Origin: Flavobacteriaceae bacterium
GTDB lineage: Bacteria; Bacteroidota; Bacteroidia; Flavobacteriales; Flavobacteriaceae
Reading direction: 5' to 3'
DNA: 64,000 nucleotides
Assembly: GCA_021151665.1 (NCBI GenBank)
Contig: JAGKWW010000002.1
Coordinates: forward strand, 17,945-81,944
In this document: positions 46,732 to 56,176 of the stretch, one piece after another
Numbering within the stretch: the stretch's first letter is position 1
Layout of the letters: each line of letters begins with the position of its first letter
Notes under the pieces: generated by a model
Told to the model about the DNA's origin: nothing
Database searches by the model: none
What the model saw: only the letters and a program-made list of their open reading frames with translations
Translations under genes and position numbers: made by a program

Positions 46732-48528
46732 ATGCAGACGCCATTAGAATTACAGATACAAACCCTGCCGGACAGCCCGGGGGTGTACCAGTATTTTGAC
46801 AAAGACGAAAAGCTACTGTATGTAGGCAAGGCGAAGAATTTGAAGAAGCGCGTCATGTCGTACTTCAACAAGGCGCACGACAGCGGCCGTATACGTGTGA
46901 TGGTGCGTAAAATTGTAGCTATCAAGCACATTGTGGTGCCTACAGAAAGCGAGGCGCTGCTTCTCGAGAATAACCTGATCAAGAAGCTGCAGCCGCGATA
47001 CAATGTCATGCTCAAGGATGACAAAACGTATCCGTGGATATGCATCAAGAAAGAGCCTTTTCCCCGTGTATTTTCTACCCGTAGAGTGATCAAGGATGGG
47101 TCGGAGTACTTCGGGCCCTATACCTCGTTTAAAACCGTGTATACGCTGCTCGACCTCATCAAGGAATTGTATCCGCTGCGCACCTGCAATTACGACCTTA
47201 GCCCGGCCAACGTCCGTTCGGGCAAATACAAAGTTTGCCTGGAGTACCATATCGGGAATTGTAAAGGGCCGTGCGAGCAGCATGAATCTTTCGAGGCCTA
47301 CCACGAGCATGTGGATATGATACGCCAGATTCTGAAAGGCAATTTTAAGGAGAGCCTTAAAGAGTTCAAAGCACTGATGCAGGAACTGGCTATGGATATG
47401 CGTTTTGAGGAAGCCCAGAAGATCAAAGAGAAAATAGAGATATTAGAAAACTACCAGGCACGCAGTACGGTATTTAACCCGCGCATTACCAACCTCGACG
47501 TTTTCAGTATCATTAGTGATGAAAGCATGGCCTATGTCAACTTCATCCAGGTGTCGCATGGCGCCATCATACGGTCGCACACCATGGAGATCAAGAAGAA
47601 ACTTGATGAGCCCGATGAGGAATTGCTGGAGATAGCGGTGGTTGAGCTGCGCGAGCGCTTTGACCTCCGCTCAAAAGAAGTATTGGCATCGCATCCGGTA
47701 GACCTGGGCGAAGGCATAAATGTAACCGTGCCTAAGCTGGGCGACAAAAAACAGATACTGGACCTGAGCGAGCGCAATGCGCGTTTCTTCAGGATGGACC
47801 AGCTCAAGCAAATCAAGATCGTCGATCCCGACAGGCACACCAACCGTATCATGGCGCAGATGAAAAAAGACCTTCGCCTGCCCGAGGAGCCTCGCCATAT
47901 CGAGTGTTTTGACAACAGTAACATACAGGGCACCAACCCCGTTTCGGCGTGTGTGGTGTTTAAAGACGGAAAGCCCAGCAAAAAAGATTACCGGCACTTC
48001 AATATAAAAACAGTAGAAGGCCCAAATGACTTTGCCTCGATGGAAGAAGTTGTTTTCCGCCGCTACCGGAGGCTGCTGGAAGAAAACGAGCCATTGCCGC
48101 AGCTTATCATCATCGATGGCGGTAAGGGGCAATTATCTTCGGCGTTAAAAAGCCTGGAGCAACTCGGTCTTCGTGGGAAAATTACTATATTGGGCATTGC
48201 CAAAAGGCTGGAAGAAATCTTCTACCCGGGAGACAGTGTTCCGCTCTACCTGGATAAGAAATCGGAAACGCTGAAAGTGATTCAGCACCTTCGTAACGAG
48301 GCGCACCGGTTCGGGATTACACACCATCGCGACAAGAGGAGCAAAGGCGCGCTGCAAACCTCGGTAGAATCGATACCCGGCATTGGGGAGAAGACCATGG
48401 TTGCTCTGCTGAAAGAATTTAAATCGGTAAAAAGAATGGCTGCCGCGCCCGAGGAAGCCATTGCAAAAGTAGTAGGGCCGGCCAAAGCTAAAAAAATAAA
48501 AGAGTTTTACAGCTCGAAGACCAACTGA
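46732..48528 (+). CDS. uvrC: Excinuclease ABC subunit C
   Basis: GIY-YIG N-terminus (PGVYQYFDKDEKLLYVGKAKNLKKRV), a UVR domain and a C-terminal HhH region (IPGIGEKT). Confidence 0.96.
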   Translation: MQTPLELQIQTLPDSPGVYQYFDKDEKLLYVGKAKNLKKRVMSYFNKAHDSGRIRVMVRKIVAIKHIVVPTESEALLLENNLIKKLQPRYNVMLKDDKTYPWICIKKEPFPRVFSTRRVIKDGSEYFGPYTSFKTVYTLLDLIKELYPLRTCNYDLSPANVRSGKYKVCLEYHIGNCKGPCEQHESFEAYHEHVDMIRQILKGNFKESLKEFKALMQELAMDMRFEEAQKIKEKIEILENYQARSTVFNPRITNLDVFSIISDESMAYVNFIQVSHGAIIRSHTMEIKKKLDEPDEELLEIAVVELRERFDLRSKEVLASHPVDLGEGINVTVPKLGDKKQILDLSERNARFFRMDQLKQIKIVDPDRHTNRIMAQMKKDLRLPEEPRHIECFDNSNIQGTNPVSACVVFKDGKPSKKDYRHFNIKTVEGPNDFASMEEVVFRRYRRLLEENEPLPQLIIIDGGKGQLSSALKSLEQLGLRGKITILGIAKRLEEIFYPGDSVPLYLDKKSETLKVIQHLRNEAHRFGITHHRDKRSKGALQTSVESIPGIGEKTMVALLKEFKSVKRMAAAPEEAIAKVVGPAKAKKIKEFYSSKTN

Positions 48529-48535
48529 CAAACAC

Positions 48536-50743
48536 ATGAAAAAGATCTTTTTCCTGGCAATATGCCTCATGGCGCTTACCTCTGCCCTTGCCCAGGAACA
48601 AAGTCCTGCCAAGCCAAAGATTGGGGTTGTATTGAGTGGCGGCGGCGCCAAAGGGCTTGCCCATATCGGCGTGTTTAAGGTGCTCGAAGAAGCCGGGGTA
48701 GAAGTTTCTTACATAGGAGGTACCAGTATGGGCGCCATCGTAGGAGGGCTATATGCTGCGGGTTATTCGGCTAAGGAGCTGGATTCTATCTTTAACTCCC
48801 TTGATTCTGATGCGCTAATCCAGGATTATACGCCCCGTGCATCCAAGAATTTCTTTGAAAAGCGCAATGACGAGATGTATGCCCTTTCGCTGCCTTTTGA
48901 TAAGTTTCGCCTCGGCATTCCTACAGCGCTTTCTAAAGGGTTGTATAATTACACGACCGTGAACCGCCTTACCAGCAATGTTAGGTATACACGTGATTTC
49001 AATTGCCTTCCCATTCCTTTCGTATGTATTGCAACCGATATAGAAACAGGAGAAGAAGTGGTGCTGGATCGTGGTGTGCTTGCCGATGCCATATTGGCGA
49101 GCGGAGCATTTCCGTCATTATACTACCCGGTAGAGATAGATGGCCGCCTTTTAATTGACGGGGGTGTCACTAATAACTATCCGATAGAGCAGGTAAAGGC
49201 GATGGGAGCCGATATTATCATTGGCGTCGATGTGCAGGACGGCCTTAAAGACCGTAGCCAGATCAAGGGGGCGTCGGGCATTTTGGTACAGATCAATAAT
49301 TACCAGATGATCGGCAAGATGGAGCAGAAGCGCAAGGAGACCGATATTTACATCAAGCCGGATATTTCTAATTACAGCGTAATCTCGTTTGACCAGGGCC
49401 GCCAGATTATCGATGAGGGCGAGAAGGCCGCGCGAATGATACTAGAGAAGCTCAAAGAACTGGGCATCGGCAAACCTCTTGAGAAAGTGCCGGTTGCAAT
49501 ACCCGATTCGCTAACAGTCGGCTACATCAGCATCAAGGGGCTGAAGAATTACAACCGGTCGTATGTAATCGGAAAGCTTAACTTTAAGCCCGGAACCCGC
49601 ATTACCTATAATAAATTCAACCAGGGCATCAGTAACCTCAATGCCACCCAGAACTTCAACAGCATCTCGTATGATTTTGAAGAGGGGCACGGCAGCGATG
49701 TACTCAATATGAGGTTGAGCGAAAACCCTGTGACGCGCTATGTGAAATTCGGGCTCCACTACGATGGGCTTTATAAGAGTGGCGTTTTAGTAAACTTCAC
49801 CCAGAAAAAGCTGTTCCTTCGCAACGATGTGGCATCGGTCGACATTATACTTGGGGACAATTTCCGGTATCTTTTCAATTATTTTATCGACAACGGCTTT
49901 CATATCAGCTACGGTTTTCGCTCCTCCTTTCACGGCTTCAACCGTAATGTACCAACGGAATTTGACTCGGGTACCCTGCTGGGCGAACTCGGAGTCAACT
50001 CGGTAAATGTAGATTACTCCGACCTGACAAACCAGGCGTACATCCAGACGATCTTCGCGCAAAAATTCATGCTTGGCGCAGGAGCGGAGCTGAAACACTT
50101 AAAGATAAAGTCGGAAACAATCGGCAATGGCGAACTGGTAGTGTTTGATGACAGCAATTATTTTTCGCTGTACAGTTACCTGCGTTTCGACTCTTATGAC
50201 AAGCGTTATTTTCCGACAGAGGGATGGTATTTTGATGGTGAAGCCAAATGGTACATGTATTCCAGTGACTACAATCAGGATTTTGGGAAGTACAGCATAC
50301 TCAAGGCTGAAGGCGGCACCGCGAAGCGGCTGGCAAAGCACTTTACGGTGGAAGTCCAGGCGGAAACCGGGCTTACCATTGGCGACGATGCCATTAGTGT
50401 ATTCGACTTTATAATGGGAGGTTATGGCTTTTATTCGATCAATAATTTTCGGCCGTTCTTCGGCTATGATTTTATAAGCCTCTCGGGCAACAGCTACATT
50501 AAAGGCGCGGTGACCTTTGATTATGAAATCTTCAAAAAGCACCACCTGAATGCTACCGCCAATTATGCCAACATTGGGAACTGGCTGTATGATGAGGGCG
50601 ATATTCTTTCCATTCCAAAATACAGCGGGTACTCTGTGGGTTACGGTATGGAAACGATTATCGGGCCTATTGAAATAAAGCACAGCTGGAGCCCCGAAAC
50701 GCATAACCACTATACCTGGTTTAATGTCGGGTTTACCTTTTAG
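48536..50743 (+). CDS. Patatin-like phospholipase fused to POTRA and an Omp85-type beta-barrel (PlpD-like, type Vd autotransporter architecture)
   Basis: Signal peptide, oxyanion GGGAKG, nucleophile GTSMG, catalytic Asp in LIDGGV, a POTRA-like segment (VGYISIKGLKNYNRSYV...), and a beta-barrel ending in ...YTWFNVGFTF with terminal Phe. Confidence 0.85.
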   Translation: MKKIFFLAICLMALTSALAQEQSPAKPKIGVVLSGGGAKGLAHIGVFKVLEEAGVEVSYIGGTSMGAIVGGLYAAGYSAKELDSIFNSLDSDALIQDYTPRASKNFFEKRNDEMYALSLPFDKFRLGIPTALSKGLYNYTTVNRLTSNVRYTRDFNCLPIPFVCIATDIETGEEVVLDRGVLADAILASGAFPSLYYPVEIDGRLLIDGGVTNNYPIEQVKAMGADIIIGVDVQDGLKDRSQIKGASGILVQINNYQMIGKMEQKRKETDIYIKPDISNYSVISFDQGRQIIDEGEKAARMILEKLKELGIGKPLEKVPVAIPDSLTVGYISIKGLKNYNRSYVIGKLNFKPGTRITYNKFNQGISNLNATQNFNSISYDFEEGHGSDVLNMRLSENPVTRYVKFGLHYDGLYKSGVLVNFTQKKLFLRNDVASVDIILGDNFRYLFNYFIDNGFHISYGFRSSFHGFNRNVPTEFDSGTLLGELGVNSVNVDYSDLTNQAYIQTIFAQKFMLGAGAELKHLKIKSETIGNGELVVFDDSNYFSLYSYLRFDSYDKRYFPTEGWYFDGEAKWYMYSSDYNQDFGKYSILKAEGGTAKRLAKHFTVEVQAETGLTIGDDAISVFDFIMGGYGFYSINNFRPFFGYDFISLSGNSYIKGAVTFDYEIFKKHHLNATANYANIGNWLYDEGDILSIPKYSGYSVGYGMETIIGPIEIKHSWSPETHNHYTWFNVGFTF

Positions 50744-50802
50744 GTAAACACTTCACGTCTTATTTTCTTTGTGCATCGCTACTGGTTCAACCACAAGGCC
50801 CA

Positions 50803-50891
50803 CAAAGATTTCACGATGAACACAATCAGCTTCGAGAAATTAACTTTGTTATAACCTTGGGGAATCTTTGCGCCTCCTTTGTGAATCTTTG
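50803..50891. repeat. Three copies of the 8-mer CAAAGATT/AATCTTTG (one forward, two inverted)
   Basis: caaagatt at 50803-50810 and aatctttg at 50863-50870 and 50884-50891. The sequence context is cacaaag / ctttgcgcctcctttgtg. Confidence 0.6.
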
Positions 50892-50935
50892 CGAAAATTT
50901 TAACCGCCGCTTTGAACATTCACAACCTCCCTGAA

Positions 50936-50991
50936 GTAATGCGAAAAGAACGGGACTGAAATTTCAGATGTTGCTTCTTTTTCGGCATTAC
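50936..50991. other. 56-nt extended hairpin upstream of the amino-acid permease gene
   Basis: gtaatgc-gaaaa-gaa... pairs with ...ttc-ttttt-c-ggcattac with two bulges. The apical part contains the perfect palindrome ctgaaatttcag. Confidence 0.6.
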
Positions 50992-51102
50992 TATTATAAA
51001 ATCGTTATAGTTTTGCTAAAAAACCTATATTTGGGAACTTGAATTAAAATTATATTTATGTCAGTCTGGAGAGTAAAGCCTGTTTCTGCCTTTGAGGCAG
51101 AC

Positions 51103-52530
51103 ATGAAAAAAAGCGAATTGAAAAGAGTGCTTGGCAAATGGAGCCTTACCGCTATTGGTATTGGCGCCATCATTGGCGGTGGTATCTTTGTACTTACGGG
51201 TACCGGTGCCTTCAACCATGCCGGCCCCGCGCTTGCTATTTCGTTTATCATTGCAGGTATAGCATGCGTATTTGCAGCACTTTGTTATTCTGAATTTTCA
51301 TCGATCCTTCCGGTAGAGGGCTCTGCCTATGCTTATGCTTACGGAACCGTGGGGGAAATATTTGCCTGGATCATCGGCTGGGGATTGATACTTGAGTACG
51401 CCATGGGTTCTATGACGGTCGCCGTTTCCTGGTCAGGCTATTTTAATAAGATGCTCAAGATGTTCCATATACAGCTCCCGGAGTATCTCACTACCGATCC
51501 TGCCAGCTACACCGGCGAAGGCTTTTCGATGAACCTTCCGGCTTTCCTTATCGTACTTTTGGTAATCGGGATATTGGTGCGCGGTACATCGGGCGCAGCC
51601 AAAGCCAATAACTTTATAGTTATCCTGAAAGTTTGCGCCGTTATATTCGTTATCGTGGCCGGGCTCTTCTTCATAAACACAGCAAACTGGTCACCTTTCA
51701 TCCCGGAGGCTAAAACCATTCTGGTAGATAATAAGCCTCATGAAGCCTACGGTATCGGCGGGGTTATCTCCGGTGCAGCAGCCATCTTCTTTGCCTATGT
51801 AGGCTTTGATGCCGTATCTACACAAGCAGGCGAGGCAATTAATCCGAAAAAAGACGTTCCCTTCGCCATCATTGTTTCGTTGTTGGTGTGTACAGTATTG
51901 TATATTCTGGTTTCGTTGGTACTTACCGGTATGATGAACTACCAGGACTTCGACCCGAAAGGTGCTTATCCTGAAGCTATTAAAGCTCCCGTGGCCTATG
52001 CGTTTGACATTGCAGGACAGGCGTGGGCAGGCTATATCATTACAATTGCCGCTACGGTTGGCCTTATTTCGGTACTTATGGTCATGATCATGGGCCAGTC
52101 GCGTATCTTCCTGGGTATGTCTAAAGACGGGCTTATCTCCCCGATATTCTCTAAGATTCACCCGATTTCGGGTACGCCAAGGCATAACCTGATGATATTG
52201 GGCGCTTTCATTTCTATCGTGGCAGCCTTTACCCCGATAAGCAGCCTTGCCGATATGACCAGCTTTGGTACGCTTTTCGCATTTACGATGGTGTGTATTG
52301 CGGTATGGATCCTTCGTGTGAAGCAACCCCAGCTGGAGCGCACCTTTAAGGTGCCTGCGCTTCCGGTAATCGCGGTTTGCGGGATTGCCATCAATACGTA
52401 CCTGATGATCAACCTGAGCGTGAACGCACAGCTGTTGTCGCTTTCATGGCTTGTGGTCGGGGTGCTGGTGTACCTTTCGTACGGCAAGCGCATGAGCAAG
52501 CTCAATCAACCTCCTTCAGACAATTTATAA
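51103..52530 (+). CDS. APC-superfamily amino acid permease
   Basis: 12-TM pattern with N-terminal LTAIGIGAIIGGGIFVLTG typical of APC transporters. ATG 51103 chosen. Confidence 0.9.
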   Translation: MKKSELKRVLGKWSLTAIGIGAIIGGGIFVLTGTGAFNHAGPALAISFIIAGIACVFAALCYSEFSSILPVEGSAYAYAYGTVGEIFAWIIGWGLILEYAMGSMTVAVSWSGYFNKMLKMFHIQLPEYLTTDPASYTGEGFSMNLPAFLIVLLVIGILVRGTSGAAKANNFIVILKVCAVIFVIVAGLFFINTANWSPFIPEAKTILVDNKPHEAYGIGGVISGAAAIFFAYVGFDAVSTQAGEAINPKKDVPFAIIVSLLVCTVLYILVSLVLTGMMNYQDFDPKGAYPEAIKAPVAYAFDIAGQAWAGYIITIAATVGLISVLMVMIMGQSRIFLGMSKDGLISPIFSKIHPISGTPRHNLMILGAFISIVAAFTPISSLADMTSFGTLFAFTMVCIAVWILRVKQPQLERTFKVPALPVIAVCGIAINTYLMINLSVNAQLLSLSWLVVGVLVYLSYGKRMSKLNQPPSDNL

Positions 52531-52541
52531 GATCAAAATAT

Positions 52542-52569
52542 ATCCCGCAGTATTCCTGCGGGATTTTTG
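52542..52569 (+). terminator. Rho-independent terminator after the permease gene
   Basis: atcccgcag-tattc-ctgcgggat followed by ttttg. Confidence 0.8.
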
Positions 52570-52744
52570 TTATAATCTCATTTTTTGCCAAAAAACGATT
52601 TCGTAATTTAAAAAATTCCGATATTTGTTACTATGAATACGCAATGGCAGGGTTTATTAAGTTACCTGAAATTCCTCATGAAACGCAATCCGGAATGAGG
52701 CAGCGGCACCATGCCGTTTATTGTATAACTTTAATTTAAACATT

Positions 52745-53902
52745 ATGCCAATATATCATAAAGTGGGAAGCATCCCGCAAAAACGCCATACCATTTTCGA
52801 AAAGCCGAATGGAGGCATCTATTATGAGCAGCTTTTCGGCACAGAAGGTTTTCATGGCCATTCGTCGTTGCTGTATCAGGTGCACCGCCCTACGCAGGTT
52901 AAGGAGATATTGCGAAGCTATTCGGTAGAACCGGAGATTGCCATCGATAAGAATATCAAGTCATTATTATTGCAAGGGTTTCAGGTAGCGCCGCAGGACG
53001 ATTTCTTAGATAGCCGCAAAGATATGCTCGTAAACCGCGACTGCATTATCGGGCTGGCTGCGCCGAGGAAATCGCTGCGTACTTATTTCTATAAAAATGC
53101 CGATGCCGATGAGATGATCTTCGTCCACAAAGGTACAGGCACCCTCCGCACCATGATGGGCAACATCCCGTTTGAATACGGCGATTACCTGATCATACCG
53201 CGGGGCATCATTTACCAAATCGATTTTGATACCGAAGACAACCGCCTTTTCTATGTAGAATCGGTGGCGCCTATGTATACGCCAAAGCGTTATAAAAATG
53301 CCAGCGGCCAGTTGTTGGAACATTCGCCGTTTTGCGAGCGTGACTTTAAGCTGCCGCAGGAATTGGAAACCTACGATGAAAAAGGAGACTTCCTTATAAA
53401 AGTGAAAAAGGAAGGCATGATGCACGAAATGGTGTACGCCACGCACCCGTTTGACGTAATTGGGTGGGATGGTTACAACTTCCCTTATGCTTTTAGCATC
53501 CATAATTTTGAGCCGATAACAGGGCGCGTTCATCAGCCGCCTCCGGTACACCAGACATTCGAAACCTCTACATTCGTAGTATGTTCCTTCTGTCCGAGGC
53601 TGTACGACTATCACCCGAAAGCAATTCCGGCGCCATATAACCACAGCAACATCGACAGTGATGAGGTACTGTATTATGTAGACGGTGACTTCATGAGCCG
53701 CAACAACATAGAGCAGGGGCACATTACGCTCCACCCTAAAGGAATTCCGCATGGGCCTGCACCCGGCGCTACCGAGCGCAGTATCGGCAAAACCGAAACG
53801 GTAGAGCTTGCCGTTATGGTAGATACCTTCAGGCCGTTGATGGTGACCAAGAATGCCATGGCTATAGATGACGGCCAGTACTACAAATCCTGGGTAGAGT
53901 AA
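52745..53902 (+). CDS. hmgA: Homogentisate 1,2-dioxygenase
   Basis: MPIYHKVGSIPQKRHT start typical of the short bacteroidetal HmgA, plus adjacency to hppD. ATG 52745 chosen. Confidence 0.88.
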   Translation: MPIYHKVGSIPQKRHTIFEKPNGGIYYEQLFGTEGFHGHSSLLYQVHRPTQVKEILRSYSVEPEIAIDKNIKSLLLQGFQVAPQDDFLDSRKDMLVNRDCIIGLAAPRKSLRTYFYKNADADEMIFVHKGTGTLRTMMGNIPFEYGDYLIIPRGIIYQIDFDTEDNRLFYVESVAPMYTPKRYKNASGQLLEHSPFCERDFKLPQELETYDEKGDFLIKVKKEGMMHEMVYATHPFDVIGWDGYNFPYAFSIHNFEPITGRVHQPPPVHQTFETSTFVVCSFCPRLYDYHPKAIPAPYNHSNIDSDEVLYYVDGDFMSRNNIEQGHITLHPKGIPHGPAPGATERSIGKTETVELAVMVDTFRPLMVTKNAMAIDDGQYYKSWVE

Positions 53903-53949
53903 AACACACAACTGCTGACGCGATGTCAGTTAATAAAAGCATAAATAAA

Positions 53950-55110
53950 ATGAGTAAAGAAGTTAAAAGCGTAGAGTACGGCTTAGAAAAAATATTTGAG
54001 GGCGCGCAGGATTTCCTTCCGCTTCTCGGCACAGACTATGTAGAATTTTATGTGGGTAACGCCAAGCAGGCGGCTCACTATTATAAGACAGCCTTCGGAT
54101 TCCAGTCACTGGCGTATGCAGGCCTTGAAACCGGTTTGCGCGACCGTGCGAGCTACGTGCTTGTGCAGGATAAGATAAGGATCGTGCTTACTACACCGCT
54201 CAAGGAAGATTCGCCGCTGAATGACCATATCGTAAAACATGGAGATGCGGTAAAAATCGTCGCTCTTTGGGTGGAAGATGCCCGCAAATCGTTTGAAGAA
54301 ACGGTAAGCCGGGGCGCGAAGCCATTTATGGAGCCAACAGTTGAAACCGACGAGTTTGGCGAGGTGGTGCGCGCGGGTATTTATACGTATGGCGAAACGG
54401 TGCATATGTTTGTAGAGCGTAAAAACTACAGCGGGCCGTTTCTTCCGGGCTATAAAGAGTGGAAGAGCGACTACAATCCATCATCTGTCGGGCTTAAATA
54501 TGTAGACCACATGGTGGGCAACGTGGGCTGGAACGAAATGAATACCTGGGTTAAGTGGTATGAAGACGTAATGGGTTTTGTAAACTTCCTTTCGTTTGAT
54601 GATAAGCAGATCAATACCGAGTACTCGGCGCTGATGAGCAAGGTAATGTCTAATGGCAACGGACGCATCAAGTTCCCGATCAACGAGCCGGCAGAGGGAA
54701 TTAAGAAATCACAGATAGAAGAATATCTCGACTTTTACGGAGGCCCTGGCGTACAGCATATCGCTATTGCTACTGATGACATTGTGACTACAGTGTCTGA
54801 AATGAAAACCCGTGGTGTAGAGTTCCTAAGCAGACCACCGCGCGCTTACTACGAAGACGTACCCCGCCGCCTTGGCAGCCACATGAGCATTATGAAAGAA
54901 GATATTGCTGTGCTGGAAAGCCTCGGAATCATGGTGGATGCTGATGAGGAAGGGTATCTTCTTCAGATCTTCACTAAGCCGGTTGAAGACAGACCGACAC
55001 TATTCTACGAAATAATACAGAGAATGGGTGCGCGTGGCTTTGGCGCCGGCAACTTTAAAGCGCTGTTTGAGAGCATAGAACGCGAACAGGCTTTGAGAGG
55101 AACATTATAA
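53950..55110 (+). CDS. hppD: 4-hydroxyphenylpyruvate dioxygenase
   Basis: Two VOC-fold halves and the C-terminal motif GFGAGNFKALFESIEREQ. ATG 53950 chosen. Confidence 0.93.
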   Translation: MSKEVKSVEYGLEKIFEGAQDFLPLLGTDYVEFYVGNAKQAAHYYKTAFGFQSLAYAGLETGLRDRASYVLVQDKIRIVLTTPLKEDSPLNDHIVKHGDAVKIVALWVEDARKSFEETVSRGAKPFMEPTVETDEFGEVVRAGIYTYGETVHMFVERKNYSGPFLPGYKEWKSDYNPSSVGLKYVDHMVGNVGWNEMNTWVKWYEDVMGFVNFLSFDDKQINTEYSALMSKVMSNGNGRIKFPINEPAEGIKKSQIEEYLDFYGGPGVQHIAIATDDIVTTVSEMKTRGVEFLSRPPRAYYEDVPRRLGSHMSIMKEDIAVLESLGIMVDADEEGYLLQIFTKPVEDRPTLFYEIIQRMGARGFGAGNFKALFESIEREQALRGTL

Positions 55111-55228
55111 AGTGTATCAAAAATTAAACAATCATCAAAAAACAGTCTTTTTGAGATATAAATTTTGCGGATAATGTGTTAAAGTCGATTTTACTGATAT
55201 AATTTGACAGCAAAGTCGTCTACATTTG

Positions 55229-55348
55229 CACTCGCAAAAATGAGGGACTGCATATCCTTTGTTTTCGCAGGTAAAAATTTTCATAATTTATAGTTTTTGG
55301 TTGGTTAATAGCATAAAAACCCGGTCGTTATTTTGACTGGGTTTTTTT
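55229..55348 (+). ncRNA. Candidate small RNA or leader transcript ending in a strong terminator
   Basis: -7 box TACATTTG at 55221-55228. Terminator aaaaacccggtc-gttatttt-gactgggttttttt at 55315-55348. It contains a 17-codon ORF at 55240-55293. It could instead be a long hppD 3' UTR. Confidence 0.3.
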
Positions 55349-55411
55349 GTTTAGTATTTTTGGAACAGAAATTGCTTTTCTGGTTGTAACACCAAAAATT
55401 AAAACAGTGCT

Positions 55412-56176
55412 ATGAAAAAACTATTTAGTTTGATAATGTTGTTGGCAGCCATAAAGGGAATTCCGCAAAACTCTTTCGGAACCGGTGAGTATTTTAAATT
55501 CAGGATACATTACGGGCTGGTAAATGCAGGTTACGCAACACTGGAAGTGCAGGAAGCTGTTCGAAACAATAAAAAAGTACACCATGTTGTAGGCCGCGGC
55601 TATACTACCGGAATGACCAAGTTCTTTTTTAAGGTTGAAGATAACTACGAAAGCTATTTTGACAAAGTTACCGGAAAGCCTTACCAATATGTACGCAAGA
55701 TAGATGAGGGCGGATATACCAAGAACCAGGAAGGCTTTTTTAACCAGGCGGCCAATACTGTAACTGTAAAGGACTATAAGAACAACAACCAGAAGACCAT
55801 ATCGGTAACAGAAGATGTCCAGGATATCGTTTCCACCTTTTATTATCTGCGTAACCACCCGAAGGTAGATAAGATGCAAGTGGGTGAGTCTATCATGGTC
55901 GACATGTTTTTTGACGACGAGATCACCAAATTTAAGCTCAAGTTCATTGGCAGGGAAAATATATCTACTAAATTTGGCACGGTGCCGGCCATGATCTTCC
56001 GGCCCTATGTTCAGGCAGGGAGGGTTTTTAAAGAAGAAGAAAGCCTTACCGTCTGGATATCAGATGATGAGAATAAATTGCCGCTGCGCATAAAAGCCAG
56101 CCTGGCAGTGGGATCGTTAAAAGCCGACCTGGAAGACTACCGGGGGCTGATACATCCCTTTAAACCGAAAAAGTAA
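55412..56176 (+). CDS. DUF3108-domain protein (secreted)
   Basis: Signal peptide MKKLFSLIMLLAAIKG, with GEYFKFRIHYGLVNAGYATLEV and a C-terminal beta-rich pattern typical of DUF3108. Confidence 0.75.
   Translation: MKKLFSLIMLLAAIKGIPQNSFGTGEYFKFRIHYGLVNAGYATLEVQEAVRNNKKVHHVVGRGYTTGMTKFFFKVEDNYESYFDKVTGKPYQYVRKIDEGGYTKNQEGFFNQAANTVTVKDYKNNNQKTISVTEDVQDIVSTFYYLRNHPKVDKMQVGESIMVDMFFDDEITKFKLKFIGRENISTKFGTVPAMIFRPYVQAGRVFKEEESLTVWISDDENKLPLRIKASLAVGSLKADLEDYRGLIHPFKPKK

Noticed and set aside
53006-53911. 301-aa ORF antisense to hmgA. Similar long antisense ORFs occur at 24288-24995 (gpsA), 50099-50710 (patatin), 31338-31874 (DUF3298 gene), 3434-3988 and 32155-32790.
   Set aside because: Each is nested in a well-supported gene on the opposite strand and has no recognisable domain or start context. 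I treat them as non-coding.
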